Shown in pieces: positions 1-13,400 of a stretch of 64,000 nucleotides of DNA; the first letter of the stretch is position 1; every line of letters begins with the position of its first letter. Position numbers and translations under genes: made by a program. The notes under the pieces were generated by a model. That model ran no database searches and was not told where the DNA came from. It saw only the letters and a program-made list of their open reading frames with translations. This stretch comes from Dimorphilus gyrociliatus (Eukaryota; Animalia; Annelida). Location of the stretch: the NCBI GenBank assembly GCA_904063045.1, contig CAJFCJ010000007.1:4099404-4163403 (forward strand). Reading direction: 5' to 3'.

Positions 1-508
1 GTGCTTGCATTCGAACTTTAACAACATCAGTGGGTTGGGCTACTGATACTGCTAAACCACCAGTAGTAATGCCAGCCAATATTCTTAAGCCAACGTTTTG
101 ACTGCTGATATAATCCCCTTTTGTCAAAATATCGATGTAGAATGATTTTACAGAATCGTAAAGGCCTATACGGATGGAAGCAAAAGCCATTTGTCTATGT
201 AGACCAGGAACTAAACCTTTATAAAGGGCCCTAACGCCTTCTTCTTTACTCATTGTTAGCATAGTTCCAAAAAGTCCTCTGTACTTCAATTGATTTTTTA
301 ACAGTGTAGCGCCTTCTCCTTGAATCTTTAATAATAAATTGAAAAATTATTAGTCACAACGGATTTCTTAGTAATGCTACTGACTTACTTGTAATCTAAC
401 TTTTGCAGTATCCAGAGGAATAGTAGTTGCTTCGGCAACACATGCTGCAGCACCTGCACAAAAGAATTTTGTTGGAATTGGAGTTGTGGTATCTACTTTT
501 GGTCCCAT
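1..508 (-). CDS. UCP2: Mitochondrial uncoupling protein, UCP1/2/3 type (SLC25 carrier); 3' part runs off the window start
   Basis: Manual translation, not in the ORF track. Exon 508-389: [44 protein letters not shown] intron 388-326. Exon 325-1: IQGEG...[49 protein letters not shown]...[13 protein letters not shown]. Two carrier signatures PxDxxKxR. A strong donor CAAG|GTGAGT at about 856 suggests a non-coding 5' exon. Confidence 0.9.
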
Positions 509-923
509 TGTGCGACTATTTTAAGGGGATTAAAGATGGAAAAGAAAGTGTTGGCGAGAGATGTTCTCTTTGGAAGCTGCGGCTTATAAGCATCAGCTAC
601 TCGTTTTTATAGTAAAAAACTATGATCTGACTGGTTAAAAGTCGTACGATAATCTATTTCAAGGCTGAACGAAGTCTGTTAAATGTACGATCTAATCTAG
701 TACATTTTAATAGTTATAACTGATTACGCAGAAGTGCCAAATGACGAAATAAGCGTGGATGTTATACTCAAATGAATACGCTAATAGGTTTAATTTCAGT
801 ATCGTTCAAGGAAAGATATATATATTTATATATTTAGATAAAAATAGATTACTCACCTTGGTAACATTTGGAAAAAAAAATTAAATACGACTCTTCTTAG
901 TGTCTTAAAAATAGCGCTCGAAC

Positions 924-942
924 ACTCGTGGGCGGCACGAGT
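924..942. promoter_or_regulatory. Inverted CACGAG pair flanking a GC box, upstream of the putative UCP 5' exon
   Basis: ACTCGTG-GGCGG-CACGAGT: 7-bp perfect inverted repeat; GGGCGG at 930-935. Confidence 0.35.
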
Positions 943-1144
943 TGATAACGTAATATTGCATATAGGCTTTACAAAATAAAGGAGTAAAATATCCCTTTGA
1001 ATTCCTTACAAAGCCATTAATTAATTTAGAGAGTAAACACGACAAATTCTAGCTGTATGAATTCTTAAAGAGGTATAAAATATAACAAATATGCTATGAC
1101 TAAAGCCTACAATAACTTAATTTACAAGGAGAGTTTACACTAAC

Positions 1145-3763
1145 CTGAGTATAATTAGAGACGAGAACTATTTTTTCCTTGCCTTTGGATTCTTCATACA
1201 CGTTAGCTAATAATTGACTTAAAACTTTCAACTTTCCGCTATATTCTGGATTGGATTTTGACAGATCAATGTCCTTCGGGAAGGCGCTCTGTAAAACTTT
1301 CTGAGCATTGACAATCTATGAAAAGATTTAGATTAGATTTCTCGGAAATTAGTGAAATAAAATATTAACAAGACTTTTATCTCCTTCTTCGAGCTCATTT
1401 TCATCGTCTATAATATCGTCCCGATACAGTAAACTGGGGTGATTACACAATTTTTTCAGCGCGGAAATAAGCATAAGATGTTGGGCTGAATCAGAAGTAT
1501 GTATACATTCATTTACTACACCGGATGATAATAGTTTTTCATAAAGTTTCATTTGTAGTTCTACTGGTCTGCAAAATATAACGATCTCCACTTTTGGTGG
1601 GAGATATTGCCGGTTCACTTCTGAAGTACGTCTCAGAAGAAATAGTGACGTTATACGGCCCAACTCAATCGCTCTTTTCTCTCCCAGAGCTCTTTGCTCC
1701 TTATCAGCACTGGGCATTCTTGATTTAACGATCGGTTCTTCATACAATCTTCGAAATGATGCACTATTACCTAAAAAAACAATCTAGTCTATTATCAGTT
1801 GTAGATAAAGGTTCTAAGAGTTATATTACCCAATAATCCAGGGTTGCAAAAATCGGCTATTGAAAAAAGTTCCTGTAAGTCATTCTGAACTGGTGTTCCA
1901 GACAAAACAATTCTTCTTGTACATGGAATGCTGGATATACACTGGAAATTTTTATATCAGGAAATTATATGATTGATCTTTTTGAAAAACTACGAACACT
2001 TGTGGTTTTAATAGTTGAATGTTTTAACCGATGTCCCTCATCACAAACAATTAAATCGAAGTTTACTTCTTTTACATTGTCAATATATCTTACTAATGAT
2101 TCATAAGAAATTATCAATACTGGGAGAAGTAGGTTCTTCTTGAACTCCTTAAAAGTTTCATTAAAAATAAATTAAAAGATAAAAATACATTTTATCCTGA
2201 GTTGACACTAACATCAGGTTTACTATCAATTCCTGCCGCAAAAACTCTCAGTCTTTCAGTTCCAAGCCATTTACGAAATTCCTTTTCCCAGTTCTATAAT
2301 TATAAAGGAACATAAATGTTATAATAAAATGTTATTAAAACATATATAAACTATACTTTAATAAGACTGCTAGGTGTTACAATCAAGATCTTCTTCAGAA
2401 TAGGTTTTCCAAATGGTCCCTGCTTAAGAAGAGTCCTGAAATAATAAAGTTCATGATAAGTATACACATAATTCAATTTGAATATGTAATAAGAACCATA
2501 TTGTGGTTATGCATTGAATGGTTTTTCCTAGACCCATCTCATCTCTGCAATATAATCTTTTATTATCGAAAAAATTCGTAAATGCAGCGCAAAACATACG
2601 CAAGAATGACCCCACTTCCTCCAGATAATTCTTGATAGCCCATAATGCATTTGTATATAAAAGATACACCTTCCCTTTGATGAGGTCTTAAATGACGAGA
2701 AAGGTGAGGATCTACAACAACTGATACAGTATCTAGATCCTATAAATAAAACGAAAAAGTTATATAATAATATATCAGTATGAAACGATACATGCTTTGT
2801 TTGGATGTTCTGGCATAACTAAAGCATCTGGAGTGGTAGGATCGAATCTTGGCTCCTTTAAGACCTATGTAAAGAGTTTATTTCTCACGAATATAAACAA
2901 TCTTAAATATTTTCTGTAAATGTACCTTTTTGATTGGCGAATGGGCCTGAGAATTTTTCAAAGGATTGACAAACGGCTTTCGACTCGATGTGGAAGTTTT
3001 TGAAACTATAAATGATACAAAATATTAACAAAGATATGTTTTACATGTATATATACACCTGCAAGAACAGTTTGTGGAGCAGAACCAAAACACTTTCCTG
3101 ACTCAAAATCTTCAGCTTTTATAGTGCCCATAACTTCTATCTGTTTCCCTCCAACCCCTAATGTCTCACCTTCTTTCAGCGAATTCAAATCACTGGCTTT
3201 GTAGCCACTACTTTTTCCAATACTATAAATCAGAAAGTGTACAAGCAAACTTGAAAAAATGAATCTTAGAATCAGATACCTTTTACCATCCATATCCAAG
3301 AGATTAACTGATCTCCCTTCAATTATCAGAACCGCTGTGAAAAAATAGTTTGAAAAATTCAACTTTGAAGTTTTCATAAGCTTACCATCTCCTTCCCATT
3401 GTTTATGCTTCTTCTTTGAAAATTTACACCACACAACGTTAAAATATTTGGAATTCTCTACGAATAAATGCATAATATGTAATATGTTATTTAATGATTG
3501 GCTGTGAACAATATAATCATAAGGATGAGATTATTACTATCAAACTCCTTTTTAGGTTCTTCCGTTGAATTATTCGAAGGTTTCTCAGATTCGTTCTTTT
3601 CTATCGGTTGATTTTCTTGATTTAACGACGATGGATTCGAAGACACCTTGTTTACCACAGGGAAATAAACAATTTGCCTTTATAAAATAGGTGATAATAC
3701 CTTTGAAACCTTCGACAAAGGAGGATTGAAATGTCTTCGACTTGGAGCGGATGATCGTTTCAT
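1145..3763 (-). CDS. RAD54B: RAD54B-like SNF2 DNA translocase; C-terminal helicase lobe not found in the window
   Basis: Starts [15 protein letters not shown]; [20 protein letters not shown]; LRPHQREGV; motif [12 protein letters not shown]; motif [10 protein letters not shown]; motif [15 protein letters not shown]; [12 protein letters not shown]; last visible exon ends [10 protein letters not shown]|GTTAGT. Introns traced are GT-AG. Confidence 0.9.
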
Positions 3764-4935
3764 TCTGCACGAATAAAATGAATCCAGCAGACTTTGAATA
3801 AAAGCTAAGCTATTCAAGCATAAGAGATATAATTAGTTTCGATCACATAACAAAATAATAATTATATTAAAATATTTATTTTAACTTGAAAAACGTACAC
3901 TCAATGAATAATATATAGCTGAAAAAGATATAATAACTTTCAATGGTTATTTTTCTGCCGCGACTAAATGGACACTGTAACTTTTACAAAACCAATTCTA
4001 ATTTTGTTAAGTTAAGCGAAGTAGTTTCATATTATGTTAAAAAGTTGTCAGCTGTAATCACGTATACCCATCGATTAATTACCAAGTAAAATTTAAAAAA
4101 GATGAAGCAATCAAATAGAATTTCGAGGACTTTACTGCAAAAACACAATAAAAAGTGATGAAATTTGTAGTCATAAAGATAAACTTTTAAAGTCTTATTT
4201 TTCTTATTCATTAAAAGTTTGATATTAATCTAAGATATAAAAGAGATTAATAAAGTAATTTTCTCCCAAGAAATAAACTATAATACTTTAAGTAAAACGA
4301 TTTCACCGAATACATAAATTAATTTAAAATTAGCTGCCTATCCGCACTGAATATAGATAGGCTAAGCGATAAAAGGTATTGAATAGTTTGTGGAAAATAT
4401 TTTATATTTATATTAATAGAATCTAACATTTAGTTTAAATAGCATTTGAAAAATTATTCTTTTTTATCAAAATTGTAAAAATATTATTTTTAATTAGTTG
4501 AAAACTTCTTAATTAGCACGAATACTTAATGTCTTAAAAAGATTTCATAACTTGATAAACATACTATGAAATGCTGTGAAATATACTTCACTTTGTTTCC
4601 ATTTTTTGTCACATTTAGATGGAAGTTATAAAAAACTAGAACGTTTGAATAAAAAATATAATTAAGGTTACTATAAAAATAATTAATGCTCCACTTTTAT
4701 TTAGCGAATCACCATTCTTGAAAGTTTATGCCTATATCTATAATTAACTTTCTAATCTTTGCAAAGTTGTAAAGAGCCTAATAATCATTTAGTCAGTTTA
4801 TAATCACATTTTTATTGTTTTTCTTATATTTAATTATTTTTAGTTGTATTTTTTTTTCCAGGAAATTCATTACCATTACGCAAAGACTTTTTGTTAGTGA
4901 ACCACGTGGTTTATTTTTCAATTTATTTCGCAGAA

Positions 4936-7900
4936 ATGGCAAAGGCAGGGTTGAAAGATAAGCTAACAGCAGGCTCTCTTTATGGTGGAGTTATTTCACA
5001 TATAAATAGTCTTTCCTCATTTTTTGTACAAGTAAGGTTTTTGCATAGCATGTGTTGTATCCGTATATTGTAAAATTGTAAAATGGCGCCATTAAAAAAA
5101 ATATATAGTATATTATGTTTGACTTTTAGCTTTAAGTAAGCTTTTAATGTGATTTTCCAAGTGAGCAACTAATATTCTTGAAGGTTTAAATAACAAATAA
5201 TTTTGTCGTTGGAAATAATCAATTGACCCAAGACCATTTAATAATTTCTAAATCCTTCAGATTAGTCCGTTCGAGGAATTCGAACGACAGCAATTAGAGA
5301 TTCAAGCTTATGCTACGGAGGCCAGATTAGATTATCAATTTAAGCCAAGGAAAGGGCAACTAATTTTATGTTACTATGAAGATTGTTGGCATAGAGGACT
5401 TGTTGAAGGTTAGATCAATCACTACGCTTTGTTAATTAACTCTTTTGAACTTGTATCCACATTCAGAATTGATGGATAGTTACTTCAGGATTTACTTTGT
5501 TGACTTTGGAAATACTTCGCTTTTAAGTTTTCAAGATATACTTGAATTACCACAAAAATTTACAGAGCTTTCTTTTAAAGCTTTTCATTGTTCTTTGCCA
5601 CTAAAGGGCAAGTTAAGAAAGGATAGTTTAGAAGTTATTGAAGAGTTTTTTCTACTAACCGAAGATAAAGACCTAGATATTCAAGTGAAAGACATTCAGA
5701 ACAACTGTCACATTGTTGACTTGTTGCACAATGACGTCTCCGTTTGTCAAGAATTATCAAAGACTTTCGGTTTACAGTTTTTCAACAACTCCTGGTCAGA
5801 AAAAGTTCGCTTTAAACAGGATGCGAAGCATATATTCAATATTCAAAAGTTAAGAGAAGAGAGAGGAGAACTTCCTATCGAGGATCCCGTTGTCTGGTAC
5901 TGTGGACATAATAGAAAAGTTGTTTTAACAGCTTACAATGATCAAGACTTGTGGTGCATTGAGGAAAAAGATCTAGGTCCAAAACAAAAGTTATGTAAGA
6001 AAATAGCCACTTACTATTCCCAGATAAGACCTGAAAATGTTTCAATTCAAGAAGGTGCAGTTTACGCTGTATGCGCAGACGAAACATGGTTTCGAGCAAT
6101 CGTTCTGAACATAACTACTGGTATGGATGTTGTTGTTCAATCAATTGACTCAGGAGAAGTATACAATGTTCCTAAGACGAAATTTAAAATTCTTGAAGAA
6201 CGATTTAAATCTCGGGCTCGCTTTGCTAGAATAGTTCGTTTATACAATCGAGGTGTTATACAAAATAGTAATATAGTTGACCATATACTCAAGAAACTTA
6301 TTTCGACGGAAACTCGGTTGTATCTTAGAGTAATGGACTGTAAAGAGCGTGTTCCATACGTTGTCTTAACTGTTAAAGGTTTAGACATTGTGGAAGATAT
6401 TCTTGCTGCTCCTCAGGCTGTATCTCCGCTTTCATATCTTATCAAGAAGTTTAAAGATGTGGCAATTGATTGCTCTCTTCCATCTGAACTTGAAGAAAGT
6501 ATTATTGTACATGTATCACACGTTGAGAGCGTGCACGAGTTTTATATTCAACCAGCTGCTTGGGAAGAGGAACTTTCAGAAATGACATACCGCTTAAATG
6601 ATATATATCCGCAACAATACAAATTCTTGAACTTGGTTCACGCTGAAGCAGGAATGTTTTGTATTGTGAAATTTTCTGAAGATAAATGCTATTATAGAGC
6701 AAAAGTTATTAGTGGAGGGCCTAAAAAAGCGACAATTCAGTTTATTGACTTTGGCAACTATGATGAAGTTTCTGTTTCTGATTTATTTGTGCTAGTTGAC
6801 GGTTTAACATCACGATCACTTTGTATAAAGTGCGCCCTCAATGATGTTAACGAGAAAAGCTCAACTGAAAAATTCATTAATTTGACAAAAAATAAAGCGT
6901 TAAGCTGTAAATATTATCAGGGCTCTGATTGTTTAATCGTAGATTTATGGGATCAACAAATATGCATTAATAAAGAGCTATCTTCTGATTATTTACTAAG
7001 TGATGAAGAAATTACCTCTATACAAGTTCAACCATGCTCATATTTAATAGATTGTAGTATGGAAAAGGAAGAGATGACAATGCTTCACGTTGACAGTCCT
7101 GAAGTATTTTTTGTACTACCTAAACATAGAGAAGAGCCCAGAAAAAATTTGCAGCAAGAGTTAAATGAGATGTATAAAGGTTATGTGACAAACCTTCCTA
7201 ATCCTAGTAGTGGAAAGTTTTGCGTAGCAAGAGTTTATGATGACGATTTGGAGGGTACGTGGTTTCGTGGCAAAATTTTGGAAGTGAGAGATGATAAATC
7301 AAGAGTACGTTTGCTCGACGAAGGCAAAGTTTATATTTGTTATAACAAAAATATTAAGATACTAATTCCGTCGTTAGCAACAAAACCATCATGCGCCCTA
7401 GAGTGCCGTCTAACAATTGGAAGAAAGTTTAATCAGTCTTCAACACCTGAAGAAAAGAAAGAGTTAATGAACTTATATCCCCCAAGAAATGATAAAGTTT
7501 ATGTAGTGTGTAAAAACATGGCGAATGATCAAATTAGAGTTGATTTGTATGATAAAAATAATGAAAAGATCGTAATCGCAAGCTCTACTAAATTAAGTCC
7601 AAGCGATATAATAGAAGACATCAATATCGAATCGACCTGCAAATTAAATGACAGCGAAAAGTCTTCAACTATCAAAACACTATCAGACGAAGACGACGAA
7701 CCGAAAAGAGAGATAAGCGCTTACACTAAAAAAAAAATGGAATCTTTTCAGGGTAAAGAAAATTTTTCTAGTAAATTCTATATCTATTTTAACTTTCCTT
7801 TTTCTTCATAATAGAATATATGGAAAATTATAGAAAAAGCATGGAACAAGAAGAAGAAAATTTAATACAAGGTCCAATACCGGAACATGACCCAATAATA

Positions 7901-9990
7901 GGAGAAGTTGATGCATTGGTTTGTTCTGTCGAGAGCCCTACCGAATTTTGGATTCATATAAAAGATGAGACACCTAAATTAAGTGAAATAGTTGAAAAAA
8001 TAAATAGCTCCATAGAAGATTATGAAGAAGTGGAAGAACCGGACGTCAACGCGTACTGTTTAGCTAAATCCGGAGAATTAAACGAATGGCACAGAGGAAG
8101 GATCATAGATGAATATACAGACGTTGTGGATATCTTTTTTGTTGATTATGGAATCTTAGAGGTTGTCACCAAAAACAACTTAAGAAAAATACCCTCTGAT
8201 ATAACAAAAACACCTTGTTTTGCTATTCCTGCAACACTATTTTCCATAAGAGAACCTATAAACGGTTGGTCAGAAACGCAAATTGAGGATTTTGAAAAGA
8301 AAACATATAAAAAATCAGTAATATGTAAAGTAATAACTGCAACTTTGCCTTTGGAAGTAATTCTCGCTGTTGATAACAACGTAATTAATATAGATTATGT
8401 AAGAGCTGGACGAGCCGAAGAGGCAGCCATTTTTGATGAAACAAGATATGAAGGTAGAATAAGTCATTCCACTAAATTCGGAGATATATATATACAACTT
8501 TTGGAAGATGATGATGATCTGATGAAAGTATCAAGATTATTGAAAAATGCTGATAACTTTCCGATTCCTGAAAAAATAATTAAAGATAGTATGGTAGCTG
8601 TTAAGATGGCTGGTGAATGGTATAGGGCTAAAATTAAAAAAACTGGCTCAACAAATTATGCCTACTTAGTTGATTATGGCCAAACTCTAATTATAGAAAA
8701 GTCTAATATCCGATTGGTTGATCAAGATATCTCAAAAATTGATCCACTAGTTATTCGATTTGAAAGTTATCTTCCTAGTATACCAAGGGAAGTATATGAT
8801 AAATTGATGGAAATTGATAGAGTCGAAGTACTTTTAGAATCACCAAGGACAATTTTTGTTAAAAATGTTGAATTATCAGAATATCTAAAACATAACGATA
8901 ATGGTAATTCAAAATAACGATAAATTTAAACATTTTTATATTTCACATTAAATATTTCTTACAGAAGAAACAGTGACTGACATACAAGATTCGGAAAGTG
9001 ATGGAACAATCGAGAATATTTCAGCTAGACCAAGCAGTGACAGTAAGTTTTTCCAATTATATTAGCTATTATTTTTCAAATAAAAAAGAATTATTTCAGC
9101 AGATAAAGAAACCAAAGAAGATGATAATGAACCTTTTGGTAATACAGAACTACTCCTAACTAATCGTAAAAATATGATGCATAATAATAAAAAATATTTC
9201 AGAATCATCAGAAAACGACAAAGTTGTTGACCAAAGAGATGAATGTAAGACTGACTCGGAAATTGATAAATCTTCACACATTTCTAATTCAACTACACAT
9301 CACGTGTTCAAATCTACAAAATTGCAAAATACCGCAATCGAAGCAGCAAGCAACTTAAAAGTTTTCAACAGTTTATGTTCAAAACGTGGCGCAGAAATAA
9401 CTGTCGAAATAGTTTCTGCTTTTATGCCATTCTATTTCTTAGCAAGATTAATGGAAATTCCTCCTGAGATAGAAAATTTGGATGGATCAATCTTAAATAA
9501 TAAGAATGTAAGTGTGAATACACCGTGCATAGCAAAAACTTCCAAAGGTGTTTGGATTCGGGTGAAGCTACTAAAATGTCGACCAACGCGATACCAAGCG
9601 TATGCTATAGACTATGGTTACGTTTTTGAAGTTAATCCAGGTGATGTTAGGTCTATTGAGAAGGAGAAATATGTAACAATTCCAGCCCAGTCATTTGTAT
9701 GCAAATTAGCTGATTGTGGCAATAATATCATCGTACATAAGCATTTAAACATTTTGAAGCAGTGTATAGTAAAATTAAAAGTAGAAGAGTGGATGAATGA
9801 CGAACCCGCTGAAGTTATTATATATGTCAAAGTAAAAAATTCTTTTCGAAGTATAAATGCAGTTCTTATCCAAGGTCAAAACATAGAATTATTGTCACAT
9901 TCAGAAACGGATTATGCTGAATTTGACTTTGAATCTAGTATCGTATCATCTGACGGTTACGACAACTGTTTATCCGATTCTTCATTTTAA
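4936..9990 (+). CDS. Multi-Tudor-domain protein (7 extended Tudor domains, about 1500 aa; Tudor/TDRD6/TDRD15-like)
   Basis: Exons approximately 4936-5031, 5261-5408, 5467-7752, 7815-8903, two small exons, and 9203-9990. Repeated W/Y-x-R-A/G ... D-F/Y-G motifs (FVDFGN, SIDSGE, FIDFGN, LLDEGK, FVDYGI, LVDYGQ, AIDYGY) with preceding VSHVESVHEFYIQ-type strands. Confidence 0.85.
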
Positions 9991-10478
9991 AGACTTGAAT
10001 TGTGTTTTTAGAATAAATATCATAAATATACTGAAATTTCCTTCCTGAAGTGATTACAATATTGTTCCTTCCGGAGAAACTAAACAATTTTATTATCTTG
10101 TATCGTAGTAAAGTTCAACGGTTTGTTCGAAGACATGAAGATTATAGGTATCAATTGTTAAACAACTAATCAACTCTTCTTTAAGAAAACTAACAGATTT
10201 AACAAGTAATTTTAATATACATTGTTCAAGGAAAAAGATAGTTGAAAACAGAACTCCATTCTAAAGTTATACTATTCTTATACTACAGGATATGGAATTG
10301 AATCAGTAACGGAATTTTCTAAGTATTTTGGCTCGTAATAAATTGTGTTTAAGAAACAACGAAATAAGGATTAATTAAATATGTATACCAGATAATTTAG
10401 TAAAAAAATGTAATGCTGTTTGAACACTACTATGTAAATAAAGAAAGTACCAAAGCAATAAATTCTCAATAAAAACAG

Positions 10479-13400
10479 TCATTTAAGGCGATTAGGTCTT
10501 TTCGAACTTCTAGCATTGACATCTTTCGACAAAAGCAATGCCTTTTCTCTAATCTCATTCAATTTTGTTTCAACATTACCCAACAGAGGACGTTTCGATG
10601 AATTTCCATGCCAACAACTCTTCATCAATTCCCAACAATCCTCGTCAAACTGTGGCAACCTTTCTGGTCTTGTACCATGCTTTACCGCTCTCCAAAGTGT
10701 ATCTTTAGTTGAGCATTGATCATAAGAGAAGGGTAATTTCACACTTCCAGAACACAAATACCAAAAGAGTATTCCAAATGCATACACATCAACCGTATTA
10801 TCATATTGACCATTAAAAAGTTCTGGAGCCATATGAATAGGTGTTCCGACTATGCTTCCACTCATCATTGCCTCCGGTTTACAGAAGCCTAAGTCTGTTA
10901 ACTTTCCTCTATTTAATTTGTCGAGCTATCAAAAATAATCGGTTTAGGTATATTTATGTGATCCGTAAAACTATAAATCTTACTAAAACATTCTTTAATT
11001 TGATATCTCTATGAACAAGACCCCTACTGTGCAGATACCGTATTCCCTGAACAACATCTATAGCAACTCTCAATCGATTCAACCAATCTAAACCAGTTTT
11101 TATAGCAGCATGCAAATCCCTCTCATATTTGGGCATAATTAAAAGTACGGCTGGTGAACTGCCATTTCCATAATTATAGTCAATAACGGAGCCTTTAAGG
11201 CCAACAACACGATCGTGCTCGGGAATTGACCTAATAAGTATAATTTTGTAAATAAAAAGCAAAAATGTTTTTTTTTTGATTTAGAGAATTACTTTGTATA
11301 ATAAAATTCGAGTGCTAAATCGTTCCAATGCCTGTCATCAGGTGGTACAACTGATTTAACTGCACAGGGAGACGTACCAGCCCAATTTTCGCACGCATAG
11401 ACAACTCCATACTGACCTCTACCAATTTCTTTTGTATAATTAGGCATACCGTACACGATAAAATCTTTCATTGACACGCTTTCTAAAGCTAATCTAGCAA
11501 CCTTTGGAGCAAAAACTTTTCTAACTTTAACTCGTCTATCTTCAGTTTTAATTAATCTTCCGGAATGTTTAAATTCCAATTGTCTTAAAGCAGCAGAGAA
11601 GGTATGATGTGAGTTCTTAAGTCTCGATTGAATTTGATTGCATATAGTTTTAGCTAATCTATTTTCATTTAAACTACTTAACATATCAGAGGCAACTTTT
11701 CTCTTCCATTCTTTAGTCACTGTAGGTGGACTTTTCCAGGGCATAGATTGAATTAACTGTATACACATATATAGATATTTATATATAATAAATATATTAT
11801 TAAATGAATTCTTAGTTCCTTAATAAAATTAATAGAAGCTTTGAGATACAAAAAAGTATGTACCAAAAATAGAAAAATTGTTGAATGCTCATTTAAAAAG
11901 AAAATAGAGAACATACTTAATAAATAAATATACAGTATATGAATATATATATATAAATTTATATATATATATATATATATATAGTACAGTATATATATAT
12001 TTATTTATTTATTCAATATTTATTTTCAGTTTTTCGTTTTTCTCTTTGAGTGCAAGATAACAATTTGAATATTAGTCGTTCTTTAATAGAAAAGGTACGT
12101 GATTTTGTAAATTTGATAGATATAAGAATAGAAAAGCCAATATTAGTGTAGAGGTAAAAGAAAACAAGCTCTATTTTCACTTTATTCATTCCTTTTAGAA
12201 TAAAATTGAAATACTTTGAATATATTGATATTAAATTAATTAAATAAATTTTAAAAATACCAAAAAATAAACTCTAGTTTTTTTTTAATTACGTTTTATA
12301 ATTATTTGTGTACCTGAAAATGCTGTGAAATAAAATAAGATAGATATTCCTTATATAAGACAGAGTAAAATATTTAATAAACATTTAGACATCATCTGAC
12401 ATACTCACTTGTTTCATCTTCTCCAATAAAACTCGAAGGAAGGATGAACCAGGTTTAACAGTTATGTCAACTTGATATGCGGCGGTTAAAATCTCTGATA
12501 AGGCGGTTGTTGTTCTAGATGATTCAATATTCTCTTTATTAGCCTCTTCTAAACATTGAAGAGTTCTTTGCAAAACTCCTGTTTTAATTAGAGTTTTATA
12601 CAATTTCATTTATGAACAAATTCTTTTACCTGTATAACTATTTCTTAAAATATTAATTGAATCTAATAATTTTCCTGATATGGCTGCATTTAAATTTCCG
12701 AGCACAAGTTCTTCTATTTGACCTGTACATTGTTTTAAATCTCTTGCAGATGTAATTTCGCCTCCTTCGGGTAGATCTATGCCCATAAATTCATACATCT
12801 CAGCCCTCTCTAACAGCGAATCTCTTAGCATGTCTAAAGTATCGCAGATTATCGCCTTAATATCATCCTGATTCCTTACGGTAATGGAATACAGATTCTT
12901 ATAAAGATTGTCCTCCTGAGATTTAACATATTCCAGTCGTTTTGGTGTTACCATTACATCTCTGGCCATATCAAAGGCCGTATCAATAATTGCCTGTAAG
13001 CATCTGTTATGAACAACATTTAAAAGGGTCGTTGCCTTTAGAACGTGCGATGTCAGAATTCTTTTAGAAAATTTACTTATATTCGTCTTAAAGCTATCAA
13101 AGTTTTCGCAAAGTTCTGATTCTAATTGTGTGTAATCGTTCTTCCCGTTACTATTAGGTACAGCAGTTAGAAATCCTAATTCCAACAGTTGGTGGAATAC
13201 ACACTTCGAGTCTTCCTCTAGTACAGGCAGTTCTTCCATTTCGGGTAGCGAAAATGGACTAAATTTAAACATTCCACCAGTTTTTTTAGAACTAGCCAAA
13301 GAACATATGGTTGACCTTGTCGACGTCGTATCTAATTCTGTTTTATTGGAAGAGGCATCAGAGGAAGAACTAGATGGATTCAAATCAGCGTCATTGATTA

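Noticed and set aside
427-612. 61-aa plus-strand ORF
   Set aside because: Antisense shadow of UCP exon 1
679-710. TRLD peptide on the minus strand (possible RAD54B RLDG) and an 8-bp inverted repeat
   Set aside because: Reads RLDR, has an in-frame stop four codons upstream and no further similarity; lies in the putative UCP 5'UTR intron
4336-4362. GCCTATC...GATAGGC hairpin
   Set aside because: A 7-bp stem is expected by chance in 64 kb; no associated element
5268-5286. CGTTCGA-GGAAT-TCGAACG hairpin resembling a tRNA T-arm
   Set aside because: Inside Tudor coding exon 2; no cloverleaf
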